A stretch of 63,619 nt of DNA, filler included, from Vannella sp. (GCA_023345925.1; 6 parts of 6 records of this genome joined end to end with filler, not necessarily neighbours in it); one strand, 5' to 3'; shown: positions 21,801 through 35,816, numbered from the whole stretch's first letter. Translations and numbers: made by a program. Notes: a model not told the origin generated them from the sequence alone.

Positions 21801-24800
21801 AGCCGCTTTGATTGAATGTGGTGCCGAGGTCGATACCTCATCTACAGAAGGTCGCACTCCTTTGTACGAGGCCATGTTGGCAAACCAAAAAGCAACCGTT
21901 CGAGTCTTGCGCTCAAGAGGGGCTGATGCCTCGTGGGTAGAGACAGAAGCAAGCAAGTTTTCTTCGCAAGTTCTTGATGTTATTCGCTCAGGAGATTCAA
22001 CCCGGGCAGTGGCTGCTGGGTCCACACCATCAGCTTCCCCTTCTGGAAGTCACATTTCTGCAACTCCTCCAACAGAGACCCGAGAACTTGCTCCAGCAGG
22101 TGATAACGACCTCCAGCGTTTCCATTCCATGACTGTCACTGGTAACAAGGCTGAGATCCGCCGGCTGCTCAAAAAGAATCCAAAGTTACTCCACACCCAA
22201 GACCACGAAGGCTCTTCCGTATTGCACATCGCCGCTTTCATTCAAAGCTATGAACTCGTTGAGCTATTCATTGAAAAGAAGCTAGACCCTAACACAGTCA
22301 ACAGTAATGGATACGCTCCCCTCTTAATCGCTGCCAAGTCTGGCAACTTGCCCATTTGTGAGTTATTGATGGAGCGTGGCACAGATCCTCGCGTCTCTAC
22401 GGAAATGGGGTTCTCGTCGCTCCACCTTTTAGCTCTAGCTCGTGTTGACCAGAAGGAAGAAAAGCAGCTTCAGCGGGTCATCAAGTTACTGACAGAGCAG
22501 GGAGCCAGTGTTGGGCAGCGGAATTGCAACCAAGATACGCCACTTCATCTTGCTTGTGAGACTGGGAATACTGCTATGGTGGAGACGCTATTGGCTTTGA
22601 AAGGGAATCCCAAAGCCACCAATAGCTTCGGGGATACTCCTCTGCTGATTGCACTCGAAAAGGATTACTCTGCCATTGTTGGTATGCTGCTCGATGCTAG
22701 CGCTGACACAACGATTATTGAACGGCCTGATATTGCCGCATCATTCTCTGCTTCGGAGGCTTCTCTGAAGGAACTCAGTTCCAGGCAAATAAGCACTCTT
22801 CCAACAACTGCCCGAACCCGGGTTTCGCAAATGCTCCAGCGGCACCAAGCTGTTGCTGATCGATTGTACGCTGAAGTTAGTGAAGAGGATAAGAGACGGC
22901 GCCAAGAGCTAAGCCGCGAGATTGTTCCTCTTCCAAAGGAACTCAACTTGGCAGACAACTCATCCAGCATGTCTCGTGACCAGAAGAGACAATGGAAGCG
23001 ACAGTTTAGCGCAGCAGCAAAGGGAGAAAAGTTTGAGGCAGAAGAAGTTGTCGGAGTGAATGAAGTTCGGGCTGTTCTCCAGTCTCTAGGAGTGACAACA
23101 ATAACAGAAGAGCTGGACGCCTGTTTCTTACAATCGTCTCCTTCTGGCACCCCAATCAAGTTTCAACAGTTCCGCCGGGCGTTTGGGGCTGCTTTAATGC
23201 TATTTTCTCCTGAGCCGGACAAGCCAGAACCACGGCTTGAACGGGCGCGCACAAAATCAGGAGGAGACTCGTTTGAGATAGTTCAGGGATCCCGAACTCT
23301 TTCGCTCAACCACTCTGAGAGCTTACACCCTGAGCCTGTTCAACTACTCAAGTCAATGGGCAATTCTCCAGTTGAGCGTTCTTCCTCGGTTGCTCAATTA
23401 GTAGTCTCACAGAAAAAGAAGCCAGCTCCCCCTCCCACACCCCCTCCTGTAATCGTTATAAGTGAGGGTATTCCGCCCCCAACACAGACTGTGATCGAGT
23501 CATCCAGAGAAGTATCAGACGATACATCCGCTGAGTCGGAAGCAAAGGGAACGCTTTCAGACGACGTTTCAAGAGAGATAACGAACAGACCAAAAAGGTC
23601 CTCAACTCTTGGGAAAGGAGAATCTCCGCCTTTTGTGCCCAGAAAAGATTCTCCTCCGACTGGACTGCGCCATGATTTGGCTTTCCCAGGTAAACGTGCG
23701 CCTCAAGGACGCTCGCTGGTGACTTCGCAATCTTTTTTGGTCTCTCGCCCAGCCCTTAAAGACGTGATGGAAGAGGCCCCTTCAGATTCAGAAGGCATTG
23801 AGACGGCTCGAGCTTATCAATACTTTGCTGCGCTCTATGACCGCATCCTGTCCCAAGAAAAGGGTGATAGAGTGAGTGTGGAGGTCTTTGAGCAGTACTT
23901 TACAGATTCTTTTACCTCCTATAACCTCCTACACACCATTGTTCCCACCCTAATGGCACAAAAAGACTTGGAGATTCCGTAAGTAGCCCTTTAAGGTTCA
24001 ATGGAAAATTATGGAGTGGGAGGCTCACATTCATTCACAGGGGGATCACTCGAGAAGCTTTTTGTGGATTCTTTATTGGTCAAAAGAACATGTCACTGGC
24101 TCGGTGTTTGGATATGGCCAGCTCTCTTCTCCATCAAGTCAACCTTTGCATGAGCGAGACGCTGATGGTGAGTTCCTTTCTGCACAGTTGAGACCGCCAG
24201 CTTACCTAGAATTCATCTAGTCTTACAACAACAACTCTTCCGTTGAACGATTCCGAGCCCGCGCCTATTTGCAACAGCTCTCGAAGGTCCTGGGGACAAT
24301 CGAGAGCAACCTTGACGAGACTCATCACAAGTTCCTGGCGACTCGCGCGCACAAAGAAACCGTTGTGGATGATTATGATCAAAGTAGGTGTCTTCCTTTC
24401 TGAGATTTGCTCCATTCTGACAGTATTACCAGCTATTATTGACCTTCGAGCTCACATACTCGAAGCCCACAACACTTTAAACAAGCTCTACGCTCCTCGT
24501 CGTCTGGAGAGTCAACCTTCTATCGAAAGTGATCTTTTAGAGTCTCTTGGAAGCTCCAGAACGAGAGGAGAGGTTCTTCTCGTCGTCCGCAACATTCGGC
24601 CGAAATCTACTTCAGCATCCACTCAACTCCGCGTAATATTAGATTCCTATGCCATTCAAGGCCTTCTTGCAGAAGGATGCACTCAGTAAGAGACTCTTCC
24701 ATCCCCTTACATCACCTGAAAAGTGTCTAATTGACTTCCAGTTCGCGAGTATCCCAGACGGAAGACTGTCTCAAGTTGGCCCAATGCTGGACGCCGCCAG

Positions 24801-24873
24801 GATTGACCCAGTTTCTGAAGAGTGCTGCCCACAAAGAGTGGACATCCTCTTCAGAAGACCTCAAAGCTTCTGA
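18841..24873 (+). CDS. Large multi-block ankyrin-repeat protein with EF-hand-like and Pro/Ser-rich C-terminal regions
   Basis: Many TPLHLA-type repeats in blocks, a 3.9-kb central exon, introns near 19316, 19557, 19800, 20005, 23980, 24168 and 24384. VGVNEVRAVLQSLGVTTITEELDACF..IKFQQF resembles an EF-hand lobe. 3' end approximate. Confidence 0.85.
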
Positions 24874-24973
24874 CGAAATGGCTGTGACAAAGATCTCCTA
24901 ACATCTGGATGCTCTGTATCATTATCTCTCTCTTCTACTCCATACAGCACTTCTTTTTGGTTGACATTCCTTC

Positions 24974-27074
24974 TTATTGCCGATGAGTGGGGAACTTCAT
25001 CATCTCTCGGAGGCACATTGTTGCGTAAGTCGACCGATGAAGAGTCATCGAAAGGCACAATGCAGTGTGAGATGCATCTGGAAGCTTTCAGTGAGCCAGA
25101 GAGAAACACAATGAACAACTTACCTTCCACTGGGAGCGCCAAGCGCGCACCCTTGAGGATGTCCGCATCGCTGAGGAAGAGAGGAACGCTTTCATCCTCA
25201 TAAGGAGTGAGGCTCCTGAAAGAGAGAAGGTAAGTTTCAGAGGAAACAGGGACAGAGCGTAAGTTACCATTCCAAGTCCTTTGGTTTTTGGATGATCTTC
25301 CGATAAGAACCATGAAGGGAATACTCCCTAATAGTCGTGCCCATAAATGGCCTGTAGATATGTGGATTGCTGTAACAGAGAGACTTACTTGTTCTTGTGG
25401 TCCAAATCGAACTTGAGGTTGTCTTTGGCCATCAATTCTTCGTATTGCTTGGCCATGATGGTGTTGTTGGCGACATCAGATCCGGGCAAGGGGAGAACCA
25501 CTTCTGTGATGGAAAACGCTGCGGATGAAACTTCTTCTGCGGTGACGACGTGGACTTGTTGTCTCATCTTCGAGTCCAAGTCAACTTCTTCCTGGTCCAT
25601 CTCCGCTGCCTCCTCTTCTTCCGAGCGCTCATTGTGCAAAATTGGTTGTTCCGACAGAAGAACAAGGTCACCCTCTACCACCTGTAAGCCGTGCTGCTCC
25701 AGGCGAAGGGAGACAATCGAATTCCAGATGAAACTCTGATAGGAATGCACATAAAGTGTTTTCATGTTCGTTGGTAGGCACGAAAAGGCATTGTAAAAGG
25801 CCGTTTTCCCATTACGAATGAGCCCTGTTAAGACTCTGTGCTCAATAGTGTAGGGTTTGAGCTGACGAAGTGTTTTGGGGATGTCCCCAGTCTCTTTGTA
25901 GATCATAAGTGCCTTCCCGGTGTCTTGGCGATTGTTGGGATCCAATATCAACTCAACAGCTAACTTCCAATCGCCCTGCAGAACTGCGCGGCCCACATGA
26001 TGAGAAGGGACATTGCCCGTCCCGAAACGTTGCATTCCAAAGTAATTGATGAATCCTTGCTCCTGGACGCGTTTCATGTTGTTTTGGATCACTTTGGGGT
26101 CCCCCTCTACTGATCTACATCCCATTGTCATCTACAGAGGCAGAGCGCACTTCAGGGGAGGGACGAACCGGAGGACAATCGAGAATCGGTTGCCGTGGAG
26201 GTCGCCCAAGCGGATAGGATCCTTCTCGATGCTGTAGTTTCCTATAGAAATGCCCATCATGTTCTTCGTGGCACGAATCAGCCGCTCTGGAGGTACTTTG
26301 AAGACAGAAACACGCTGAGTAGTAATGGCCCTGCGATCCTTCGTTCCTGCGATAGTGAACCGGGAGTGCTTGCACTTGAGCTTCTCCGTCATCTCTGCAA
26401 GACACCTGCTAGTATCTTGGTTGGTCTTGAGCAGCACAAAGTGCAGGAAAGACGGCGCCCCAGGTGGCCAGTCGTCATCTCGGCGGGTTTGGCTCCGCTT
26501 CTTGCAGAACTCGACCACAATCTCGCCATTAACTGTCTCTGTACGGAGACCTTCCATTAGCTTGATGGCTTGGTGCACCTGAGTGCGGGTGAGCTTCTCC
26601 TCCACCACCCCAAGCGAATGGGACGCTTTGGACTTCTCTGCCTCTGAGGTCTCCTCTATGAAGGTTCTAAACAGAGAGAAGGTTGTTAGGTACATAAGAC
26701 GGTCGGTAGAAGGCAACGAACCGAAGCGCAGCGGCCTTTTCCTCTCCCAAAAGGGCGGCGATCTGATCAAAGCCTGCTCCTTTGTCCAGAGCGATCGTCT
26801 GACCTTCTGCATCGAGACGACTAACGTTAAGGGGCTCCTTGTTTGTCAGCCGAACGACACGACCTTCCAAGTCCACTTCAAAGACTAGAAAGTCTTCAAA
26901 GCGCTTCTTCACTATCCCCGCAAACCACTCCTCCTCCGGCCCCAGGAACGCCACGATACCTCTCTCCCTCTCTCCTTGCAATCCTGAAGCTCTCAGTTCA
27001 CTCATATCCAGCTCCTTCTTCGCCTTCTTGGCCTCCGGCAAGTTGGTCTCCTCCCGATCCCGCTTCTCCGCCAT
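24974..27074 (-). CDS. PUS7: tRNA/mRNA pseudouridine synthase, TruD family
   Basis: KKRFEDFLVFE, AGTKDRRAITTQ, LGDLHGNRFSIVLR, GFINYFGMQRFG, YVHSYQSFIWN and STYATMCLRE. Confidence 0.96.
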
Positions 27075-27158
27075 CCCGCCCCGACAGAATGATTTTGAAA
27101 ACAATAATTAATGTATGATTCCATGGAGGGGCGTTAAGGCCTGATCTCGAGCGAAAAA

Positions 27159-27168
27159 GGCGGGAAAA
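27159..27168 (-). promoter_or_regulatory. E2F-consensus site in the divergent PUS7/SET promoter
   Basis: GGCGGGAAAA, reverse complement TTTTCCCGCC, matches TTTSSCGC. Confidence 0.35.
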
Positions 27169-27236
27169 TTGGTTCCCCCTTAACACACGATTTTGGTTGG
27201 CTTTGAATGGTTCATTTACCGGTTGGAGTGAGAGAT

Positions 27237-29789
27237 ATGATGGAGGTGGAGGTGGAAGTGGACAGAACTGCTTTGTCCGGTGGGGAAGGCGCCGTTGGAT
27301 CAGGGCCGATGTCAGAGATGAGCTTAGGGTTCGTTGTTTGGGGAAGGAAGGGGGTACGCTAACAGGAAGTAGGTTGGTGGTGTGTCCCAAGTACTTGGCG
27401 GAGGAAAACGAGGAGGAGATTGACGAGAGGAGCTTCCAACTTGTCTACTCTGCGGAAGGGATCAAGGATCCCTTTGTCCTCACAAGACCTGATGCCAAAC
27501 CACGTTTAGTACCTTGTGTAAGCTCATTGGACCTCCATCTCTTTCCCACGTTTCTGCCGTTGAAGTTCCGCGGCTCCTTCTGCCCCCCACTCCCCGAGGT
27601 TGGGATGAAGCGCCTCTCTTGTGAGGAAGTTGGTTTCGTTAGCAAGTATCCTCGCCGTAGCAAAGAAGCAAAGCGTGGAGGCTTGATCAAGGACAGCAGG
27701 GAGGACGACTTTGTCGAATCGAGACCCAAGAAAGGCAAGAGGAAGCTCTATCCGGTGCCCTGGGAGGAACCTACGGAACTGGATATTCTCACTACTCGCT
27801 ACCGTGAAGTAATTGAGGCTCATCGGAGAGACATTCGAGTTCCCCCGCCTCGATTGGTCCAAGACTTCCTCCGTTTCTCGTACGTTCGCCGCAACCCCAA
27901 AGAAGAGTGGCCTTCCTGGAGGTCTGACTTCTTACGGACCTTCCTCTACTTACAAGGGATCATGAGCCACTCTCAATCGTAAGTTATGAAAAGAAAATAG
28001 TCGCAAGTCACTCTTGCAAAGTCACTTACACTCCAATAGGGTCCAAATGACCTCATTCATTCTTGGAAGATCTGAGAGTGAAGTCAGGGAACAAATGAAA
28101 GACTTCTTCGTGACTCCAAAGGAAAAGAATGTCGGAATCAGCCCTCCGACACTCAAATCACCCCCAGAACCCTCAAAGAGAGCTTTGTCCTTCCCAAGGG
28201 GCTCTGTGAACACTAGTGTTGATACAAAGGAAATAGATACAGAGCAGGAGCTCTCCCTATCACTCAACGGATACGAAATTGGAGATGCTTGGGAGAATGC
28301 TTGGTTCTCGATGCTCTCTGCCCTTCAGGTGGACCGAGAAGTCACTATGCAACTGAATTCCCTTTATTTCCTTCCTCGGTGGATCTTCGAACGGCACCAA
28401 GTACGCACTTTCGATCACAAACTCGGAGCGTTTGATTTGGTGCTGATTGAAGCATTACAAAGCATTTTGCCTTCCAATCTTCACTCTCAAACCGTTTTCC
28501 TTGCAGCTTCCATCTCTGCTCGCTCCATCTCATTGATACGCTCGTCTATGTTCCATCAAACCAATCAACTTCTTCTTCAGGGGGCCAAACAAGCTGAGGA
28601 TCTCCCTTTATACGTCAACAGAAAGCTTGAAGACCTCCGAGATCAATTAGGGCCTCTTCTTAAGTGCTTTTCGAAAGTAAAAGAAAGCAGAGAGTCCATT
28701 GATATCCTCGAGAAACGCCAAATTGAGTTTGAAGTGAATCTTCTCCGCAAATTCTGTTCTTTGGAGCCATCTGAACGTGAGAAGCAGTCTCAAAATCCAG
28801 GTAATTACCTTGTCATCAACACTTTTGACAAATCGCCGTTGCCTGCCTTTGAGGTGAGAAGCAGCCCGGTCGTTCCTGGCATAATGCGTTATTGACGTCT
28901 GGCAGTGGATCTCTTCCAATTACATTCCCAAGAGGCTGAAAGAGACTATTGGCTCAACAGACTTGGAGTTCCTCACGGGGTGCGCTTGTAATGGAGATTG
29001 TTCGTCCAATTTGAAGCGATGTCAATGCATACGCGAGATGCATCCTGGTGCTAATCCCCGAGGTACGACAAGCCTCTCCACTCTCTAACTTGACTGACCC
29101 GAGAAGCCTTTCAACCGCCCTATATCAATGGGTTCATCAATCCCAAGTTCTCTGGAAACTGCATTCAGGAATGCAACTCTGCATGCCATTGTCCTCCTTC
29201 TTGCTCCAACAGAGTCACCCAAAGACCTCCTCAACTTGATGTGGTGGTAAGTGAACCATATCTGTCTGTGTGAGGAAACGAAGAATAACTAGCCTTTGCA
29301 GATCTTCCGAGACAGAGACAAAGGATGGGGCGTGCGGGCGCTTCAGAAGATCCCACAACATTCTTTTGTGTGCGAGTACATCGGCGAACTGTTGATTTCA
29401 GAAGATGCTGAGTCTCGTGGCAAAAAGTATGACAAGAAAGGAATCAGCTTCCTCTTGGACTTGGACTTGGCTCAACGCAATTGCAAGTACACGTAAGTGA
29501 CATTCTGCCTTTTCCTTTTTCTCCTCTTCTCCTGTACTTACTTGACGCTAGACTTGATGCTATGAAGTACGGGAATCTTTCCCGCTTCTTCAATCACTCG
29601 TGTGAACCTAATTTGGAGATATTCTACGTCTTTGTGGACGTGCTGGATCGGGATCGACCGCAAATCTGCTTCTTTGCGAAAAATGACATTCTTCCTGGTG
29701 ATGAGATTACCTTTGATTACAAGTACAAGAGCAAAGGGAGTATCCGCTGCTATTGCAAGGCTCCTTCCTGTCGCCAGTGGCTTCTCTAG
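27237..29789 (+). CDS. Su(var)3-9-family histone lysine methyltransferase (pre-SET, SET, post-SET)
   Basis: GCACNGDC, IQECNSACHCPPSCSNRVTQ, KGWGVRA, FVCEYIGEL, GNLSRFFNHSCEPN, EITFDY and CYCKAPSCR. The N-terminal exons are assumed to belong to the same gene. Confidence 0.88.
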
Positions 29790-29844
29790 TGACAAAGTGG
29801 GCTGTATTTGCCAAAATGAATGCGTTACAGTCAGTCTCTGGTGT

Positions 29845-30823
29845 TTAGGCGATAGAAACAGCAGTGTAGCCTGTCTGTTTACTCCTAAAGTGAGATACAG
29901 CAAAGGCTACTGCTGCGTTGACGATGATAATGATCAAGGACAAGATTGTCGTCACGGGAACGATCACCTCCGCCCACTTCTGGTCGCGACCAGCCTGTAA
30001 AACAGTGGAGCAGTACGCGGTATAGTCATCGTTCCAGTTCCGGTTAGGAGAGCTGTTGGACACCACAAGGCAGACCTCCTCGCCATAATCCAACTCTCGC
30101 AAGCACCCAGAGAGAGCTCCTTTGAGACACGGGGTCGTGCTCAGGTTAGTCCTGCTGTAGTAAGTCTGAAGTAGTTCAAACGTGATCGCCCCTGCCGGGC
30201 CTCTGAAGTCTCCGTCTGTCGTGAAACTGATCCGATAGCCGCGAGAAGGAAGCCCGTGCTTGATCTTCTCGGGCTGGAAGAGATAGTTCGCTGAGGCATC
30301 CTGGGGAATGTCAAAGTCCACGTCTTCATCGTCAATCTGCATGTAGATCTGGTCTGTTGGGAAGTTCGCGAAAGTCATGTTCACGTAGCTTCCCGGGTTG
30401 AGGTTGAACCACCAGCCCTGCTCCTCATCGTCATCATCAATGTAAACGTGCTGTGTGCTGCTTGAAGTTCGGTTCCCTTCGATTGGGATCTCCTCTTGCG
30501 AGTGGTTGTAGAAGGTGGTGAGAATGTTCCTGTTGAAGGAGGCGGTGATGTTCACGGAGGAGACGATCTTGCTGTTAGGACAATACATGAAGCTATCTGC
30601 TCCTCCGTAGGTGCCAATAGTGTTCCCGGCGAAGCACTTGTTCTGCCCCAAGTAGGCCTCATGAAAGTTGATTTGCCAAAGAGCAACCCAAGCCCCCACC
30701 ACCAGCGTCAGGACTGTTCCCTCATCAGATAACGCGCACTCCCTCACCATACCACCCACCTACAAACAGCGATGCTCCGTGGAACAGAGACCGCCATGAG
30801 AACGGCAACGAGCAAGCAGCCAT
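29845..30823 (-). CDS. Uncharacterised membrane glycoprotein (N- and C-terminal TM helices)
   Basis: Long ORF with several N-X-S/T sites and Cys, terminal TM VIVPVTTILSLIIIIVNAAVAFAV, and a probable short first exon MAACSLPFSW. Confidence 0.65.
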
Positions 30824-30900
30824 CCCCGACTGATCGACTTTCCGAAACTTCTGAAGAAGATTCCAAGTGGAGGGGAAATGTTGGTGAAATGCAAATGTTA

Positions 30901-33900
30901 TCATTTTTTGGGACCTTTGGCTTTGCGGCTTTCTGCGGAAGCCGCAATCTTGAAGGGTGAATCAGACAATGAATTGAATTATTGGGGGAATGGGGAGTTC
31001 TGACCTTCTTCTTGATCTCGGCTCGGGCCGCTTCCTTTTCCTTCTCTTTTAAAGGTGCGTTACCTGAATTGACTTGGAGCCACTCCCGTCTGGCAGCGTT
31101 GCGAGCCTTGTCCCCGCATCCGTGCTTTTCGGGCATCCTGTGGAGAGTGAGTGGAAGGAACCTTTCCCATTCATTGGCAGGGTCATTCGTACGTGTGGAT
31201 TCCGCAGAATTTGACTGAGCAGAACTTGCATTCGCAAGTCAAAATGTTTGTTGGGCGCTGGCAAGTGCCAAAGTTACAAGTATTTGGTTCTCTGTTCATG
31301 TCGAGTGAGTTCCAAGTTCCTTTCTGTGATTCGGTGCTAACAGAATACTCACTTGATGTTTAGACTCGCTAAAAGAGAGTCAAGATTCTCTCCGCGCTTG
31401 GTTCTTTGTTCAGGACCAGTTGGAACAAATGGAACAGGTTGGCCCTTTGAGGGAGCATTCGTGGCCTTTCCTTTCTGTTTGGGCTTCTTCTTTTTCCCTT
31501 TCTTTGCGGGCGCTTGTTGTGGTTTGGTGGTATGTAGTTTAGTAGCCTCTGACTTGACAGGGAGTGATTTGTCTTCAATAGAGTCCTCAGACTCGGAAAT
31601 CTCCTCATGGACATGCTCATGAATTGTCTCTTCGACTGACTCTTCAACAACAGGAGACGGTACATCGACAGATTTCTTTTTGACAGTAATGATGCGGTTG
31701 TCGCCAACCTGCTCTGTGGAATGTTGAAGATGGAGATTATCTGCGACCTCGTGAATGTACATGCGTTGATATGAACTGAATGTACTAGGGAACGTTAATG
31801 AGGTGTCGGCGCTTAATAGGAAGGCCTCCATCTGGGAATCAATCGCCCTTCTAATGCGCTCGTCCCGAATTTGTTTCTTGGCAATGGACTTCTCTTGGGC
31901 TATCGCTTGAGCCTCCAGCTTTTTGGCCTTTTCCAATTCCCTTTGAGATTTACCTTTCTCGACTGCTCGTGATGCCGCCTGTTTAGCTCTTGCTGATACC
32001 AGTTCAAGCTCTTCTGGTAATCGGTCCAGTTGACTTTGATAGTCGTAGTGGGTCAGATAGAGGGAAGAAGCTGAGTTTTGAAAGTATTCAATCATCTTAC
32101 TAAGAAATTCGTCTCGGCAAATCGTCGTACTGTCACACACGACGACAACCAACCGTCGGGCTCTTGTGATGGCAACATTCATGCGCCGGCGTTCACTCAG
32201 GAACCCAACCTCGCCTTCTGAGTTCGAGCGCACCATGGAAATAACAATTGCCTCCTTTTCTCGACCCTGGAACCCATCCACAGACCCAATTTCCAAGCCT
32301 TCGATCTCCAACGCACTTCGTAACAACTCGACTTGGGCATTGTAAGGGGTTATCACACCAATATCACCGCTGGAGAGTCCCTTTGATAGGAGCTCTTCAA
32401 CTACCTTCTTCACAATCTCACATTCGCCCTCGTTCCATTTGCTCTCCAACTCTACAAAAGCTCCATTCCGCCCGTTGGATGACGAATCGTTCGCCTCGTC
32501 ATCGTACTTCTGCTCATTGAGATCGCCACAAGTGTCAATCAGACAAAGGGAGGAAGCAGTCAGAGCTGTGCGTTGAATGTGGGGAAAGTCACAAAGGAGA
32601 TGGGACTTGACAGACTCGCCAGCCACAATTCGGCCTTCGTAGAGCGCATCTGAGCTCCAGCGCATGATTTCTTCGTTCATACGATATTGAGTATCCAGAA
32701 GGCGGGCCACAGAGTGATCCTGTTGAATCAGTCTGTCAAACAAAGTTTGCTCTAATCCGGCACTACCGTCAGTCTGCTTCCCCGCTGCTTTCCGGCTTAA
32801 GATCGTGGGTGGAAGCTGCAAGTGATCACCTGCCAAGATGACCTTGCGACCAAGGAGGATCGCAATCCAACAACTGATCTCCAACGACTGCGCCGCTTCG
32901 TCGATCACAATAACGTCAAAGCCCTTCATCTGTTCGGCCAGCTTATAGAGTCCCAAATACTTTGAGTCACACCCAGTTGTCGTGGTGAGCATCACATCTG
33001 CCTCCTTGATGAGATCACAGACGGCACGACGCTGTCTTTGACCCAACTCCTTCCGAAGCTGCCGGAGCTCCATGTAGAGTTTGTGACGTGCACTCTTCGT
33101 CTTCGCCTTTGCCACTGCTCTATTGGCCTCTTGAATGTCCGTTTGGACAGATTCCACGACTTCTGTGCCGTCAGAGGACTGAAGAATGTGCTCCAGAGAG
33201 TATTGGAGTACCTCTGGGAGCATTCTAGCAGGGTGACCAGCTCGGATGATACGAGGTCCCCTCTTGCCTGTCTTCTTCTTGTCTCCCCCAAGGAAGGGGA
33301 GCAAGCCCAGGACGAGATTGTCGACAGCGACGTTGGAAGGGGCACAAGCGAGTACCTTTAGGCCTTGATCTACGCACTGTAAGATCACCTCTACCACGGT
33401 GGTGGTCTTTCCGGTGCCTGGAGGACCATGGATCAACGCAACATCAGAGCTATCCAAGCAGAACTCAACCGTTCTCTTCTGCGAGGTATTCAGGTCAGGA
33501 TTATGGAAGATCAGTGGCTCCCTGGGTGCCAGGTTCACTGTGGGCTTAGAGTGATGGAAGAGAACGGAGATCAGACGCTCATTGTGCTCGTAGCAGTCCT
33601 TTCCAGTGGATGTGGCGAAGGATTCGAGCTTGGAAAGGGCCTTTTCCAGTCGTTGATAGCTTTGTGGGTGTCAGAGAGGAAAGATAGTAGTATTAGCTCT
33701 TACGTAACATCATCAGCAAGCTTGAGAAGCAAGAGGGAATGCGAGGTGAAAGGGGAGTAGCCCAACTCCTCTACGTCGGGGATATCTTCAACAGCAATGG
33801 TGATTTGCTCCCTCTGGACTTTGTATACAACTCCCCTTATATCAGACGAAGTTCCTGAAGCTTTCTTGCCCGCTCCACGATGAGCTGCTAGGTTTTGAAG

Positions 33901-34221
33901 GGAAACGTTGTCCCCTACAACGGATTAACTCATGACAGAGAAGGACTGGGAAGCCATACCAGAAGTGAATCGATGCGACGGGAGGTAAGTTTTGCCAGTC
34001 CGAGAGAGACAGAGCAGAGAGTGTCCCTCGAGCGAGGAGGCGCCCCCAACATGAGAGGGCGACTCCGCACTTAGACCCATTAAGAGCTCCCCTCGCGCCT
34101 GAAGCCGCTGGCACGTCCTCACATTGATCTCATCATACTTCTCCTGCCTTTGAAGCTGTTCTTCCTCCCGTTCCAGCGCCAACAAAGCCACCTGACGTAC
34201 TACAAAGTCCCCCACGTCCAT
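30901..34221 (-). CDS. IGHMBP2: SF1 helicase SMUBP-2/IGHMBP2 with R3H and AN1 zinc finger
   Basis: HGPPGTGKTTT, IDEAAQS, LAGDHLQLPP, QYRMN, VDGFQGREKE, R3H (QRMYIHEVADNLHLQHST) and AN1 (CKFCSVKFCGIH..PEKHGC). Confidence 0.95.
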
Positions 34222-34332
34222 TTAGGAGTCACCGCGACCGAACTCCGAGAGAATGAGGACTCCCTTGAAGGTACAACGAGAAGAAGAACGTTGTAGAAGG
34301 ACGGAGAGGCCCTAAGAGCTCCTTGCGCAGCT

Positions 34333-35421
34333 TTATTTCTTCTTCCCCTTCGCCTTCTTCTTGGGAGCCGGCTTCTTACCTCCAGCTGCCTTCTTCTTAG
34401 GCTTCGAGAGCTCGCTCAGGAGGTCGGCAGCAGCAGCATCAGCAGCAGCTTGAGCGTCGGTGGTTTCTACTCCAAGAGCGGGGCTTTCTCCTGCGCGAGG
34501 CGGGAAGGTGAGACCAGCAGGGACTGCACAGATCCAGGTACCAGGAAGGACGAGGTCCTTGCTCCCTTCGATGAGGTAGGCAGGATCAGACACAAGACCG
34601 ACGAGTTCGTTGTCGTCATTGACAAGTGGGCTTCCGCAGGAGCTGGCTTTGATGTTCACGTTGATCAAGAACATGGGAGGGTAGTAGCAACAGTCCGAGA
34701 GGACGGAGGAGGGGAAGGCGTAGGTAATCAAAGCCGCCTTGCAGTCTTTTGTGTTCGTAGGAGGAACCTGGTTAGGGCAGGAGATCTGATTCCACTCGTT
34801 TCCTTTTCCTATTGAGCATACATTAGCCTTGACCTCATCAGATCGTCATGGAGAGTACGCACCTGGATAGACGGTGGAGAGCCCTTCAATCTCGCGGATG
34901 CCTCGCCATTGAGGGAACTCAGCCAAGAAGCTAGTTCCCAGGCGACGCTGTCTGCAGAACCTTACAGTGTCACTCACTGACACACTCACAGAGTTGGAGG
35001 TGAGCGGGTTGTACAGAGGGGAGGTGGCCCACGACTCTCCTGTGACCTCCAGGAAGTAGATGCTGTCGTGTGAGCGCAGGTGGATGTACTTGTTGGCCTC
35101 AGGTTCCATGGGGATGATGTGCTCCTCTTCTGAGACGTCCACCTCCGTCCAAACGGGGATCTTCGTGTCTTTGATGACACTGCGGTAGGCCAGTTGCCGC
35201 TCCCCTCGGACAGCCTTAAGCATGGGAATAGAGACCTCAATCAGAGTGTCGCCCTCTCCTAGATCTTGGTAGAGAGCGATCTGCTTGACTGTCAGAAGGA
35301 ACAGCCGGTCTCCCTGCTTGAACAAAGCTGCCTTTGCCCCCTTGTCTGTTCGACGTTCATCATTGACGGTCTTGTATTGGAACACCAACGGAACCATAGC
35401 ACATGGAGCTTCTTGCACCAT
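34333..35421 (-). CDS. Trypsin/chymotrypsin-fold-like protein with non-canonical catalytic motifs (2 exons)
   Basis: FLLTVKQ at the usual LTxxH position and ASSCGSPLVNDDNELVGLVS at the GxSGxP position. Intron about 34793-34862. Lys-rich tail. Confidence 0.5.
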
Positions 35422-35816
35422 CCTTCCTCAATCAAATGCAAGAGAGTAGCCACGGGTCCCTTTGGTCCACCCAAAAGTGCCCAGAATTCATTTCAGCTCA
35501 TAAAGCAGCAATGAATGAATAACTGGCAAACGGATTTATAGAAATAAGCGACAATTTGTTACTAACCGGTTAACTCACTCAGCATGATGACTGGCTTATT
35601 GCTGTCTTCTTGGTAAACGTAGCGACGAAACTCGTAGTCCGGTCTCATATCCAACCACTCGCAAGAGCAAAGCCCGGGAGCCCGACGAGGTTCCCTCCGC
35701 TCCTCTTCTCAACCGAGTCAGTTTCCTCTTTACCTTTTGTTCCTGCGCCGGCTGCGAGTGGAGAACTTGCTGAGGGAGAGCGAACAGCCATTCCAAAGGA
35801 AGGAACTTGCAACTGA

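Noticed and set aside
24861..25313. 150-aa ORF as a separate gene
   Set aside because: Explained by the final spliced exons and introns of PUS7.
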